From Prorocentrum cordatum (lineage: Eukaryota): a stretch of DNA of 64,000 bases. Location: the NCBI GenBank assembly GCA_963575745.1, contig CAUYUJ010000126.1, positions 496,001 to 560,000 on the forward strand, written 5' to 3'. Below are positions 25,169-38,400 of this stretch, piece after piece. Made by a program: the position numbers and the translations under genes. Position 1 is the first letter of the stretch. Every line of letters begins with the position of its first letter. The notes beneath the pieces were generated by a model, which was given only the letters and a program-made list of their open reading frames with translations, was not told where the DNA came from and did no database searches.

Positions 25169-25960
25169 ATCTCCGGTACCTGGTTAACAGTATTTCTAGT
25201 TCGCGCGCGCGGGGCGGCCCCTGGGGGTCCCCGGACGAAAAGTACCCCGGCAAGGTCCCGGCAAGTCCCCGGCCCCGGCAAGTCGGCCCGGCAAGGTCCC
25301 GGCAAGGTCGGGCCAGAGATGCCGGAGCCCTGTTACAGGGCCCCAGGACGGGCCAAGAGGTCCCCAAGAAGCCTCCAAGACGGTCCAAGAGGGCCCCGAG
25401 ACGGCCAAAGATCGCCCGAAGACGCCCAACAGGGCCCCAAGACAGCCCAAGAGGCCTCCAAGACGCCCCAAGGGCCTTCCAAGAGGCCTCCGAAGAGGGC
25501 CCCAAGAGGCCAAAATCGTTGATTTTCATTGTTTTTTCTATGTTTTTTGCGTTCTGGCTTTTTCGGCTTCCGGACGCTCCAAGACGGCCCAAGAGGCCCC
25601 CAAGACCGCTCCAAGACGGCCCACGAGGCTCCCAAGACGGCCCCGGAACGGCCCAGGAGGGCCCCCAAGACGGCCCAAGTGCCGCCCAAGACGGACCAAG
25701 AGGCCCCAAGACGGGCCCAAGAGGGGCTCAAGAGGGGAACCGAGAACTGAAAAATCGAGCCCTCCGCCCCAGAAGGCGCCCAGGAGGCCCCAAAAAGGCC
25801 CCAAGAGGCCCCCAAGAGGCCCCCAAGACGCCCCAAGAGGCGCCCAAGAGGCCCAAAAGAGGCCCCAAGAGGCCCCAAAACGGCCCCCAAGAGGCCCCAA
25901 AACTCGGCTAGCCCACAACGGTGCGACAATATGGGCCGGCGGAATGAGCGAAGCGATTAA
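25169..25960 (+). mobile_element. single CCAAGA-type element flanked by 21-bp direct repeats
   Basis: taaataaggaacgaggctcct (25148-25168) and taaatgaggaacgaggctcct (25958-25978); tail ggccggcggaatgagcgaagcgattaaat. Confidence 0.75.
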
Positions 25961-28045
25961 ATGAGGAACGAGGCTCCTTTGTCCCATAAGTTAACCTTCG
26001 ATTTCCGGTCGAAAACATAAGGAAAGCCTGAGGCAAGCTGTGAAACACTTAAGGAACGCGGAGCCCCTCCCCAACGGAAAGGGTTCCTTCTTCAGGGCCC
26101 CGACTGTAAGGTGGGGTCTATCTGGCCTCACCTAGCTTATCAAGACGCCCGCAAATGGGCACCGTCTAGGGTGCTGCGGGTGCGGCTCTGGAGCGCCAGA
26201 AAATGAGGCCCGATCGAAAATCCTGCTCGACCTTGTTCCAAAGCTCTTTGTGGCAAATTCTGATATATCTTGGCCTTGAGGCTGAAGAACTTTCCCTGGA
26301 GGCTAAAGGTCGGCAGGTGGAGGTCGAAGGCTGAAGGTGGAAGACTGGATGGCAATAACTGGTGGTTAATGCTGGGAGTCGGAAGCTGGAGACGGAAGGT
26401 CGTTAGGCAAGGGTCGAAAACTAGAGGTGCAAAAAATTAGATGTCGTCAGCTGGATGGTGAGAGTCGGAAGTTGGAAGCTAGAGGTCGGTCAGGTGAGAT
26501 GGGAAGTCCATAGGTGGAGGGCGAGCGCTCGGAGTGGATGATTTTGAGTCGACAGCTAATGGTGGATGGTGGGAATCGGAGGCTCGAAGCTGGAGGTCGG
26601 TCATGCGAGGCTGGGGGTCGAAAATTGGAGGTCGAAAACTGGAGGTGGACAACTGGGTGGCGATAGCTGATGGCGAGCGTTGGGAGTCGGAAGCCGGAAA
26701 CTGGAGGCTGGTCAGGTGAAGCCCGAATCCGATAGGTGGATGTCTTCAGCTGGCGGCGGTGGCGGGGGTCTGTCTAAAATGCTGCCAGCGCGGCGCTGGA
26801 GCGCCAGGAGCTTGGCCCGCTCATCTGGCGTATGCCGCAAAGACTGGTGCCAAATTGACGCACGTATCTGCCGATACAAAACACAATACATGTGAAATAC
26901 CCATGTCAGCCCATCCCATCGTAACTCGAATGTACTGTCAGACGTCGTCAATCCATCTGGATTTGGGTCCCTGCGTTTCGCTTTGTAGAAGGGGTCGTGT
27001 TTCGAAGTCAACCTCTCGCGTCCACTCGTGCTCGCAGGTGTTGGCCAAGTTCTGTACTTGCGCCATTTCCGATGTCGCGATCGCACATTCGAAACTCATC
27101 ATGTGCTTTGCAGCCGCTCCATTGCCACCTCTGCCTTGCGAGTGGCTCGTTTTACCCAGTCGAACCACGGTTACAAATCTTCAACCGCGGCTTCGGCATC
27201 GCGAACACATGACGTAGGATCTGGCGTACTGTCAGCGTCACGTCCGTAGTCGTCGTCGTCGTCAGTGCTGGCGGGGATCATGTCGCTCGTCGGTGCTGGC
27301 GAAGGCCTCAGCTGCTTGTGATGCCAGCTGAGTGCTGATTGTGCTGGTGCGCATGGGCACGTGGATTAGCATGCGGAGCATCTGCCGTTGTGTGCGCCGG
27401 AATCGATTCTCTAATTCGGCCTTTAGTGTCCAGGCTTCAACCGTAGAGGATAGTCGGCGCGATGGTCCCGTTTAAGAGGCGACGCCAGTCTGTCTGTAAA
27501 TAGCCTGATGCAACCAACGCGCGGAACTTCCTCCACGCTGTGACGATACGATGTTCTATCTAGATTGCGTGGGTCGTGTAGTGCTGAACTTGTCGTCCGA
27601 AGTATTTCGTGGGGCGGTAGGGCGGCATAACCTCGACGTTCATGCCGTGTACATTCATACTGTCGGGTGCATGTTTGCCGCGGGGTGGTCGGCTGCCGTT
27701 GTGCTGAGCTGTATGTTGTAAGGGTGTTGTTTCAAACTCGCCTTGCCCGCCTCAAAAATCAAGTCAAAGAACAAATATTTGAGGTGGACGGGAGATCCGG
27801 CAAGTAGAAGGATATCGCCGGCGAAGCGTGGAAATGCCCTAAACGGTTCAAGGGCGTACGCATCTGGGCCAAGTGGGCGGAGCCCACTTATATCGGTGCT
27901 ATCTGATCACCCTAGACCACTCAGGGCACTCGTCTCCTAAGCTAGGTCAGGCCGGGTGTGACCCACAGTAGCATCCAGCTCTGAGCCCCCATTCCCCCCT
28001 AAACAAACCCCGCGGCGATCCAAATAAACACGGGCGCGGCGGCAC

Positions 28046-28132
28046 CGGCAGGCTCGCGAGGTGCACCACGCCGCGGCGATCCTCCTCAGGCGCCGCGCCC
28101 TCCTCGGGCGCCGCGGCCGCCGCCGGCGCGGC
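28046..28132 (-). CDS. possible micro-exon (AAPAAAAAPEEGAAPEEDRRGVVHLASLP)
   Basis: gcag|G acceptor, CCG|gt donor, 87 nt, phase 0. Confidence 0.45.
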
Positions 28133-28531
28133 CTGCCATGGGCTTCGGTCGTCGCTCGCGGGCTCGTCGTGCGCCGTGGTCGCTGCCGTCGTCGCCGCCG
28201 TCGTCGCCGACGTCGTCGTCGCCGTCACCGCGATGGTCGCCGTCGCCACCGTCGCCGCCGCCGAATTCTTCGCCGTCGCCGCGATGGTCGCCGTCGCCGC
28301 CGTGACCGCCGTCGTCGTCGCCGTCGCCGTCGGCGACGGCAGCGGCCGGTCGGCGCCGTCGCCGCCGCCGTCGTCGCCGCCGCCCGTGGTCGCGACCGCG
28401 GGGGGGAGGCCAGGGAATGCCGGCGGGGGGCTGAGGGCTGGCCCGGCGGGGGCGGCGCCGCGGGCGGGGAGTCTGCATTTCCCCCCCCGACGCAGCCGCC
28501 GCCGCACCAGTGCGCCCCGCAGCCTCGCCGC

Positions 28532-28567
<36 letters not shown>

Positions 28568-29936
28568 CGAAGCCGACACCGCCGCCGCCGCGGGGCATCG
28601 GGAGCGGGGGAGAGCGCGGGGGGGGGAGAAGAGGGAGGAAGGGGGGGGAGGAGGGGGCAGCACGCATTTCCTCTCTCTTGAGGTGACGCGCAGGCTAAAC
28701 GGGGGGGAAGCGGTAAGAAATCGAGATCTGAGAAACTTGGTGGTGCATGTTCCCCCAGTCTCTGAAACCTCCCCAGCCAGTCCCATGTCTCCCTTGGGAA
28801 AAGCGGCACGGTGGGTTCGTGTCGTGGCGAACAGCGCGCTGGTTTCTGACACGGCGTGATTCGCTCATCAAACTTGAGCGATGGGTGGCTTTTCGATCGC
28901 CCGCCGATTCTGAGCCACCGGCAGCGTTCGACCTCGAACGCCCGCGGGTGGGTCGACGCCACGTCGACACGACGCGAATCTACCGTCTCTTCCCCCTCTG
29001 GAGCTCGCCCGACCCGAAATGGCTCGTTCAGCTTGCCCCCCATTCTTCCCCTTCGGGGAAGGGATTCCCCCTACTCCTCCCCCTGGGTCTCGAGGGGGCT
29101 CGGGAGGCGTTGGACCCTCTACCCCCACTGTGCCACCCCCCCACCCCCCGTCCACACTCACCTCCCTCCCCCCCAAACCCCCTCCAGACCCCCCTCCACC
29201 CCTCCGAAGTTCCCGAAGAACTCCAGACCTTCATCGAAGCAACTCGCCGGTCGACTGACTGTTCTTGGCTGGGCTGGTGGGTATACGCGAAGCGTCGAGA
29301 CACGGTATCCCGTCCCACTCTAACGCTCGCCCGACCCGATCCGACGCCCTGACCATCGGCAGGATCCTGCAGGATCCTGCGCGCTGATCTGGGCCAGTGC
29401 ACCCCTGGCTCTGCAGGATCCTGCCGGGCTTCGGCGCTCTGAATGACCCCCGCTTGCACGGGACCCCGTCGCAAGGCTCCCGACGACCCGCGGCGCGCCT
29501 CCGCGCAGGGTCGCGCTCTGGCCAGAACTCGAGCGGCAGCCAGCCGTGGCGCCGCGAGCACCACGGGAGGCCCCAAGAAGCCCCACAGACGCCCAGAGGC
29601 CCCGAGCATCTCGATACTCGAGCTTCCGACGCCTCTGCGCCTCGGTGTGGAGACCCGACGAGGACAGCGCATCGTGCTCCCAGGGCCCCAACGGTGCCGA
29701 TCGCACGCAACACCCCGGCACAACCATACCCTTTGTACAATCGGCCAGGAAAGCCCAGAATCAAATCGACAAGTCAGATCGGCGATCGAAATGAATCGGA
29801 TCGGCGGAAATCGGCAGGCAAATATGCATCCAATGAGGAATCGGAGTCCAAATCGGAATCCGAAGTCGAATCGAATGGGAATCGGAAGCCATCGAAATCA
29901 AATCGAATCGAATCGGAGGAATCGAAACGAGCCCTG

Positions 29937-30097
29937 GTCGGCCCGACTCATCAGGATGCGCGATAAGGATGCAAGGGCCTTGGACGCCCATTTCGAGCGG
30001 GGCGCGGCCAACGAAAGTGGCCAAGGACGGACCGAGGAGGCAAGAATGAAAGGGTAGCCTTGGGAAGGCTGCCCATCCTTACCATGCGGTTTGACTG
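29937..30097 (+). mobile_element. CAGTC-family MITE copy
   Basis: Same body; ends catccttaccatgcggtttgactg. Confidence 0.7.
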
Positions 30098-30691
30098 TGC
30101 ACGCCGGTCGGAAGAGGTAAGTAGAACCATGAAGTAACAAGGCGGACAAAGCAGATTAAGTTCAGGCCCTCCCAGGGAGTAAGAAAACACAGCAACAGCC
30201 TATCGATTCTTGAAGTAGGAAGGCGCTTGAAATGAAGTAGATTGGGAGCCGGGCATCCAAAAATCGGGGATCTTCTGACCCGTGTCAATCCAGACCCGGG
30301 TCAGCAGGAAACCAAGAGCTGAAATGCAGGACAAAAAAAACTGCAACGCAGGTCCTCGCACATCCGGGTCGGCCCATACGCGCGGCCGCCCTCGCGGCCA
30401 CGAGCGGCTCGCTGACCCGGGTCAGCCAGAGGGGGCCTCCGCAGGATCCTGCAGGATCCGGCGCCCTGGCTGACCCCTGTTTGCGTTGACCCCCGTCTGT
30501 GAGAAAAAAACACACAGTGGGAAAAAAGAAACACAGTCTGTGGCAAAAAAAGACACAGTCTGTGTGTTTTTGTTCCCACAGTCTGTGTGTTTGTTCCCAG
30601 AGGCTCCCGAAAACATACCAACTTCCAACGACCGGCCGACCCCTCCGACGCCCGCCCGGCCCGATCCGCAAAGGCTCCTCCCACCCGGGGC

Positions 30692-30799
30692 CTCGCCGGC
30701 GTCGCCGTCGGCGGCGCCGGGCACCTCCGCGGGAGGCCGCGGCTTCCGCCGCCGGGGCGCCCTCGCGGGCGCGGCCTCCGCCGCGGGCGCGGACGGCGC
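30692..30799 (-). CDS. possible micro-exon (APSAPAAEAAPARAPRRRKPRPPAEVPGAADGDAGE)
   Basis: poly-C then gag|G acceptor, GAG|gc donor, 108 nt, phase 0. Confidence 0.45.
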
Positions 30800-31757
30800 C
30801 TCGGGGGGGGGGGGGGCGAAGGGGGCCCAGGGGCACACCACTGAACCGGCACAGATCCCAGGGCTCCCCATGTTTCCTGGGTGTTCGTCTTCCCCCTCCC
30901 CCACACATCCCCCACATCGACGATCAATAGTGTCTCTGTGTGTGTTTTCTCCCTCCTGACAAGTGGGGGGCACTGCCGCGAGCAGACTCGAAGACCGAAG
31001 GAGATTCGACACTCGAGGGTGGATTCGAGATCGAAGGAGACTCGAGACCGAGGTTCGAAGAAAATGCGAGGATCGAGGATCCAAGGCTCGATGTTCGCGC
31101 ATCGACGATCGAAGAGCCTGGGGGGGGAGGCCGCAGGCTAGAAGAGAGACTCAAGGTTCAAGGGCCGAGTATCGAAGCTTGACTGTGCGATCGGGACTCC
31201 GCGGACGCCTCCAGAACCCTCCGCGAAGACCTCTGGAGGCGAGGCCCCGGAGACCTCTGTGGGTACCACGGCAGATGGCGGCAGTGCTTGGCAGGTCGTG
31301 CTCGTGATCGCGTGCGTTCTTCCTTGTCGCGCGCCGCTTCCAGCACGGCGCCCCAGGAAGAACGGCGTGAACTCACGGTGCACAAGGCGAGAACTCTTGG
31401 CAGCTGGCGGCCGTCCCAGGAATCCAAAACTGCTCCCCCATGTGGCCATCCCCTTCCCCCTCTTCTCTCTCCTCACGCCGCCGTGCTGCAAGACATGTGT
31501 GGCCCGAGGAGCGGTACCTGGCTTCTCCGCAAACGGCATGACAAGGCGGGACGGACACGCGGCGGTCCAGAAAGTCGGTCAATCAAGGTCGGCATGGGCT
31601 GCGCGTGTGAATAGCACACCGTCAGCGTGGAGGCCACGCCGACCTCCTTCGCGGAGAGCACGCAGGTGGTCGAGGGGCGACCTGCTCGCAAAACGCAAGC
31701 CAGTGAATGCGCCTCCTGCGCGCCTGTTCCTCGTGCCGCTGCTTCACAGCAGCTTGC

Positions 31758-32960
31758 TCAGAAATCGTCACCGTCGCCCCCCTCCTCGCCCTCGCCCTCC
31801 GCCGTCTCAACGCCCACCTCCTCGCAGTCCATCTCCAGTGCCGCCAGATCCTCGCGAGCCTCGGAGAACTCACACTTCTGCATACCCTCGCCCACATACC
31901 AGTGTACGAACGCACGCTTCGAGAACACGAGGTCTAACTGGTGGTCGATACGCGACAAAACCTCCGCGATGGCGTTTGAGTTGCCGATCGTGCAGCAGGC
32001 ACGCATCACCGTGGCAAGGTCGTCAACAAAGACCACTGCGGGAAGCTGGTAGTTGATGCCGCATTTGAGACCCGTGAGGCGCCAGTCAACGAATTGGATG
32101 GTGCGTTGTGTCTTGATAGTAGCAATTGCTGCGTTCACATCCTTTGGCACTACGTCTCCACGATACATCATAGAGCATGCGGAACAAGAGCTGAAAATGT
32201 CAAAATGACCACTCCTGGCGGTGGGCTTTGCCAACCACCGCAAGGCGATTTCGTGCGTGACAATACTCGGGAACACTGCCAAGGCGGCCAGACACGCTTC
32301 ACAAACCGTCCCTTGCTCGCGGAGCTCATGTCCGCGAGGCGTGCCGATCAGATGCACCCAATGACAGCCTTCGCAGTAGGAGCCGGGACCGCGCTCCTCG
32401 ATGCGGCAAGGACTAGAAAGTCAAGGCGCTAGACCTGCACTCCCTGAGTCGACTGCCACGGACTGCCGTCAGGGTACACATGCGTCTGTTGGATGCCCCC
32501 TCTACCTCTTTGGCTTCGATGACCCCCGCCGCCTCTGGGGAACGACGGCCTTCGACATATACTGCCAGCATCAAGTTACCCCGGGCCACCACGAGGAGGT
32601 TTGAAGTACGTCCTTTGGCCAGGATCATAAAGCATGCCATGGACCTGCCATGACAAAGGTCGCATTTCACGAACATGGACGCGGCCTCGAAGACGGACGT
32701 TGTGATTTTCGTCACAGACAACTGTTCACGATACGCCTTCTCAGTAGAGATCACGGGCGCGTAGCTTGAGAGCGCGGGTGGGGCAACAAGTTGGTTTGGA
32801 ATTCGGTGGTATTCACGTTCGGAGCACCGTCGAACCGCAACAACGCAGTTAACAAGGAGATGGTCTGCGCCAGCTGCCTGCTGATACTGGTGTACGTCGG
32901 GTGCTCGATGTCCAGGTTGCGGCGACATGTGTCATACAACACTTCGTCGTTTCGTTGACA
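31758..32960 (-). pseudogene. TUBA: alpha-tubulin pseudogene, 5'-truncated (about residue 205 to end), split into 32624-32960 and 31758-32180
   Basis: [98 protein letters not shown]; frameshifting deletion and many substitutions. Confidence 0.95.
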
Positions 32961-33179
32961 GACATGATCCGCCACCGCGCATGCAACAAGTAGTTTGCCT
33001 AGGGCATGCATTGTTTGAAAATCCCACGTCTTTCGAAACAATGGTTTCTGGCACCCGACGCACCGATCCATTAGTGCGGCCCATGCTTGGCACCAAGCCC
33101 ATGCATCCCTTCCGCGCAACGAGATGTTGCCAAACACCAGGTTCCAGCATGGGCGGTCCATGGCATCCCCCGCCGCCCG

Positions 33180-33238
33180 CACACACATGCACATGCATGC
33201 CGGCATCCACGCACACACACGCGCGCGTGCATACGCAC

Positions 33239-33284
<46 letters not shown>

Positions 33285-33604
33285 ACGCACACACGCACAC
33301 ACGCGCACACGCACATTCGTACACACGCACACAAGCACACACGCACGCCCATACACCCACACAAACACACATTCGACCACATACATTCTCTCACCCACAC
33401 ACACACAGACACGCGCACACACACACACACACACTCTCGACGAGTTGTCGGAGGATCCCGAACGTTAGAGTTAGAATTAGAGTTAGAGTTAGAATTAGAG
33501 TTAGAGTTAGAGGTAGAGTTAGAGTTAGCGTTAGAGATACAGATCCCACGATGTCGCGCGCTGGAACGAACTTTCGAAACACTGCGCGAGGTGCGAAAAA
33601 AAAA

Positions 33605-33651
<47 letters not shown>

Positions 33652-34213
33652 CTCGCACACGCACACGCACACACGCGCACACACTCACACATATACGCAC
33701 ACACCAACACACATTCACACACGTTCATGCGCACGCCCACACCCACACCCACGGCACACGCACAACCATACCCACAGCCACACCCACAACGACACACCCA
33801 CACACTCACATACCCACACACCTGCACACCCACACCCACACCCACACACCAACACATACACAAAAACACACACACACACATATATATACACACCCACACT
33901 CACCGCATCCCCCCCCCCCGTGCCACACGCCCTATGCCCCGCGCCCCCGCGCCCCCGCACCCCCGCGCCCCCCGCCCCCGCCCGCGCGCCCCCGCGTTCC
34001 CGCGCCCCTACGCCCTCGCGCCGCGCCCCAACGCCCCCGCGCCCCCCTCGCCCCGCGCACCCACGCGCCCGCGCGCCCACACGCCCGCGCACCTGCGCGC
34101 CTGAACACGCACCCGCTCGCGCACACACGCACACACGCACACAAGCATGCACGCACGCGCGCACACACGCACACAAAACACACGCGCACACATGGACACA
34201 CGCACAAACGCAC

Positions 34214-34261
<48 letters not shown>

Positions 34262-34339
34262 GCACACACGCACGCACGCACGCACACACACACACACACA
34301 CATACACACAACACGCACACACATACACACAACACGCAC

Positions 34340-34385
<46 letters not shown>

Positions 34386-35002
34386 GCACGCACCCACACC
34401 CACGCGCGCACGCGCGCACGCACGCGGACACAGCCACACACGCACGCACGCACACAGGCACACACGCACACGCGAACATGCGCACGCACACGCACACGCG
34501 CACGCGCCCACGCGCACGCACTCGCACGTACACGCGCACGGGCACGCGCGCGCGCCCACGCACACGCGCGCGCACACGCACACGCACATAAACACAAACA
34601 CACACACACACAGACACATGGTTTTTTTTCAACCAGCGGCGAGGAGGGCCCTCAGCCGCAGCCGAAGTGCGAATTGTGACCGAAGGTCGTTGACGGCGCG
34701 GCGCGCAAGCAGCAGCGCCGCAACATGCAAGCGATGGGCGCGAAGGGGGAACTGCAGATCCAATCGAAGCGTACAGCGGTCAGAAAACGAGGAGATAGCT
34801 CAACTCAGGGTCAACTGAAGCGAAGGAGCCAGCGGCACATTGCGGCCACTGAATCACAACGACGGCGTTAGGCAGTGAAACGCTAAAAGAAAAACAGGTT
34901 TTACTGTTTGATCTTACTTCTACGAAAAAAAATTGCGAACGAAGCCGATGAGCAGGGTGGCAAGCACACGCGCACACGCGCGTGCACGCACGCACACGCA
35001 CG

Positions 35003-35035
<33 letters not shown>

Positions 35036-35126
35036 ACGCGCGCGCACACGCACACCCGCACCCACACCCATGCCCACGCACACACACACACACACACACG
35101 CACGCACGCACACACACACACACACA

Positions 35127-35207
<81 letters not shown>

Positions 35208-35378
35208 CCACACCCACACCCACACCCATGCCCACACCCACGCCAGCGCCCGCGCACACGCACACGCACACGCACACACGCACACGCACACGCACAAACA
35301 CACGCGAGCGCACGCGTTCACGCATACGCGCACGCACACTCGAATGCACACGCACACGCACGCGCACACACGCACACG
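33180..35378. repeat. (CA)n/(CACG)n low-complexity tracts with short unique inserts
   Basis: Seen directly. Confidence 0.9.
33464..33536 (+). repeat. (TTAGAG)n hexamer array, about 12 units
   Basis: gttagagttagaattagagttagag... Confidence 0.9.
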
Positions 35379-35400
35379 CCCGTAGTCGCCTGGGCTCGAG
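35379..35400 (+). other. degenerate dinoflagellate spliced-leader relic
   Basis: CCCGTAGTCGCCTGGGCTCGAG versus DCCGTAGCCATTTTGGCTCAAG, 15/22 ungapped, at the LINE 5' boundary. Confidence 0.6.
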
Positions 35401-38400
35401 ATGCACGCTTCCAAGGTGAACCGGGTGGGTGCCACCAGCCCGCGGCCAGTCATCAAGTGGTTTCTTTCGGCCTCCATGGCCGCAGTCCGTCTTGGGGGAG
35501 CTCCAAAGTGCGCTGCCCTCCTTGGGGGGGGCTCAACAGTCAGAGCCGCGGCGCCGCCGCCCATGGCCCCAGGCAACGCAGCGAAGGCCACCCCTCGTTC
35601 GCATCGCGGCACATGCGCGACGAGATCGAGGCGCGAGCGCGCTGTCGCACGGCACCGCAAGCACTGCCCAGGCTGGGCCAACTACGCCAGCAAGACCAGC
35701 TGCGTCAAGCGCCACCTCCAAAAGGCCGTGTCCTTCCGCGGCAGGGCGGGCCCCGAGGTGCCATCCACGCGCGCGCCGAGGCCATGGTCGACGGGGGCCA
35801 GCGGCGCAGGCGAAGCCGCGCGAGGCAGGCGGCAGGGGGGCTCCAGGCACGACGCCCTGGGAGCTGGCCAGTTCCAACGGCAGCTCGACGGGGCCCACGT
35901 AGAGAACATTCGCCTTCGGCGTCTGGCAGGAGCGGAGGGCGACGGCACGGAAGCCTGCACCGTGGACAAAGGCACCCCGGCCACGGTGCGCAAGGAGGCA
36001 CTGGGGCAAGTCGACGAAAGCCTCAAGTCCTTCGAGAAGCTCCTCGCCGCAGATCCCGACGGCGCCAAGCACCTCCAGACCCGGCTAGGGGCGGAGCGCA
36101 CTGGGCGAGACAAGCTGCAGAAGGAAACGCTGGAGGCCAAGCCCTGCGCCGCGCGCTTTTGGAGCGCCACCGACAGCGTCGAGCGAGCGCGAACTGGCAT
36201 CGCCAGAAAACCAAGAGGGCAAGGTCAGCGAGCTCGAGATGGAGATGCTCGAGCTCGAGGAACAGCGCCGCGCGCCCCTGGGAGCACCGCGCAGCCACCC
36301 GCGACGGGCGAGCAGTCTACTGGGCCGAAAGCGCAGCGCACGGTGGCCGAGTCCGCGCGCGTGCTGGACACTTGGCTTTGCAACTTCAAGGCAGGCCAGG
36401 AGCTCCGCGCGTGTCGCAGCTGGACTGCAGCTGCGCGAGGGGCGAGCCATGGGCGAGGCAGCGGCGGGGGCCGGCAAGGCAGCGGCCGCCGAGACAGCCC
36501 AGGCTGCCCAGGTCGAGGCCGACGCTGCCAAGCGAGACGCAGATGGAGGGCAGGCTGCTCACGACGTCGACATGGAGGACGCCTGCTCGGCGCCTACTTG
36601 CGGCGCATGGACCGACGGCGCCGAAGACGACGGCGCCGTCGAGAAAGCCGCCAAGATGCGCCTAGACGCCATGGATGACACGCGCCCGAAGAAGACACGC
36701 ACGCAGCCCCCTGCCCGAGCGGCTGCTGGTCCAGGCGGTAAACTCTGAGATCGCCAGCTCCGCGATGACATCGCCACTACCGCCGAGGCCAGCTCGAGGA
36801 GGCCGCTGATGGAATAACTCACCCAATGCAGCCCCCAGCAGATCGTCGCCGCCCATGAGCACTGCGCGGCGGAGGACAGGCGCGGAGGGGCCGAGGCCGC
36901 GGCGCTCGACCTCGGCGGGCGAGGAACCTGGAGCGCGGCGCTGATCTCCGGAACGGGCACAGGCAACCAAGTTGGAGCGGCCGTCCTGGCGCCTGACAAC
37001 GCGCCGACGACGGCGCGACTGGGCTCGGTTCGGCCCGTGCTGGGGCCCGGCAGGACAGCTGCAGGACAGGCGCGCGCCGCCACCACGGGCGGCCAAGTCG
37101 CGGTCGCCCCGTGCTTGCTCACAGGGGAAGGGCTCCCGGCAGAGAACCTCGGCACGCTGCGGAAGGTCGCCAAGTTCCTGAAAGCCATCCATATCCTGGG
37201 CCTGGACTGGGTGCTCATGAGAAACTTCCAGATGGCCCCGCCTGGCTTGCGGCGGAGACTGGATCCGAGTGGTGGCAGGATGCTGCGCGGCCCCGGGTGA
37301 GCCCGCGTGCCGTGCGAGCGCGCCGTGCACGGCCATCGACTACTTCCTCATGTCCGCGCACGTGCTGCCGAACTTCCTAGGAAGCTAGAAGCACATGTCA
37401 GCGCTGCTACGTGGCCACATTCGCCCGCCACGCTCACGCTGCCAAGGCAAAGCACCAGGTCTGTGCTCAGGAGCAAATGCTGCTGGAGACCAAGAAGCTC
37501 AAAAGGCCGCCGCCGTCTGGATGCGCCAGGCGCCCATGGCGGGGGTGGCGGGATGTCCTGCGCTCAGACGGGGCAGCGGCCGACCCTGTGCAGCTGGCCA
37601 TCGTCGCTCGGGGTCTAATCTTCTGGGGTATCGGCTACGAACCCATGGGCAGGGGCGCCAGTGTCAACGCCCAGGAGCAGGGGCGGCACCGGCACGCGGA
37701 AGGGGCGCCGCGGCGCGGATGGAAACACCTCAAGTGGCAATCAAGGCCCAGGCGACAGAAGCACGGCGCGGTGGTCCACGCGCGTGTCGCAGCTATGCGC
37801 TGGGCCACGCACGCCCAGGCGGCGCGGGGGCAGCTTGGCAAGCTCGCGCAGGAGGTGGAGCGACACAGACCAGCCACGGGCAACCGCAGCCTCGTGGCAC
37901 GTGTCCAGGAAGGCGACAGGCGCCACGAGGAAAGCCTGGGATTGGCACACACGCTGCTGGAGGTGCACAGGTACTTCCACCGCGTCAAAAAGGCCAGCGA
38001 GGTCCTGCAGCACCTCGCTGAAGCGGAACGCAGGCGATTCGATAAGGGGGCGGATCTGCTCCAGCGCGGCGACCTGCCAGACCTGATGGCGCACATTGCC
38101 AAGGAAGGCGAGAGGTGGCCGCGGCGAGCCGAGAGCCAGGTCATGGAAGCGTGGCAGACCTGAGCCAAGGACTCCATGCTGCGAGGCGCAGGCCTGGCAG
38201 GTCGGGCCAGCACGGTGAAGGCGCCGGCGGAGGTGCTCCCAGCCCTAAAAGGCGCAACTTCAAATACGGGGGTACACCCGTACATGCTGGTTGGCGCCGA
38301 CATGGGCAAGTGGGTGAAGATCTGGAGCGCGAACAAGCTCGAAGGACTTGCACAACCAGCCGGCGCGCACACCTGAGAGGAACTCACCGCACTCACCACC

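Noticed and set aside
26140..27220. Coding-like minus-strand fragments (PDGLT..., LLALQRR)
   Set aside because: Possibly retroelement debris, but no motif set I can assign.
28046..28075. RGVVHLASLP as an RRM RNP2-like start
   Set aside because: No continuing RRM sequence found in the following candidate exons.
32927..35406. 500+ aa HT/CV-rich ORFs
   Set aside because: Products of (CA)n repeats.
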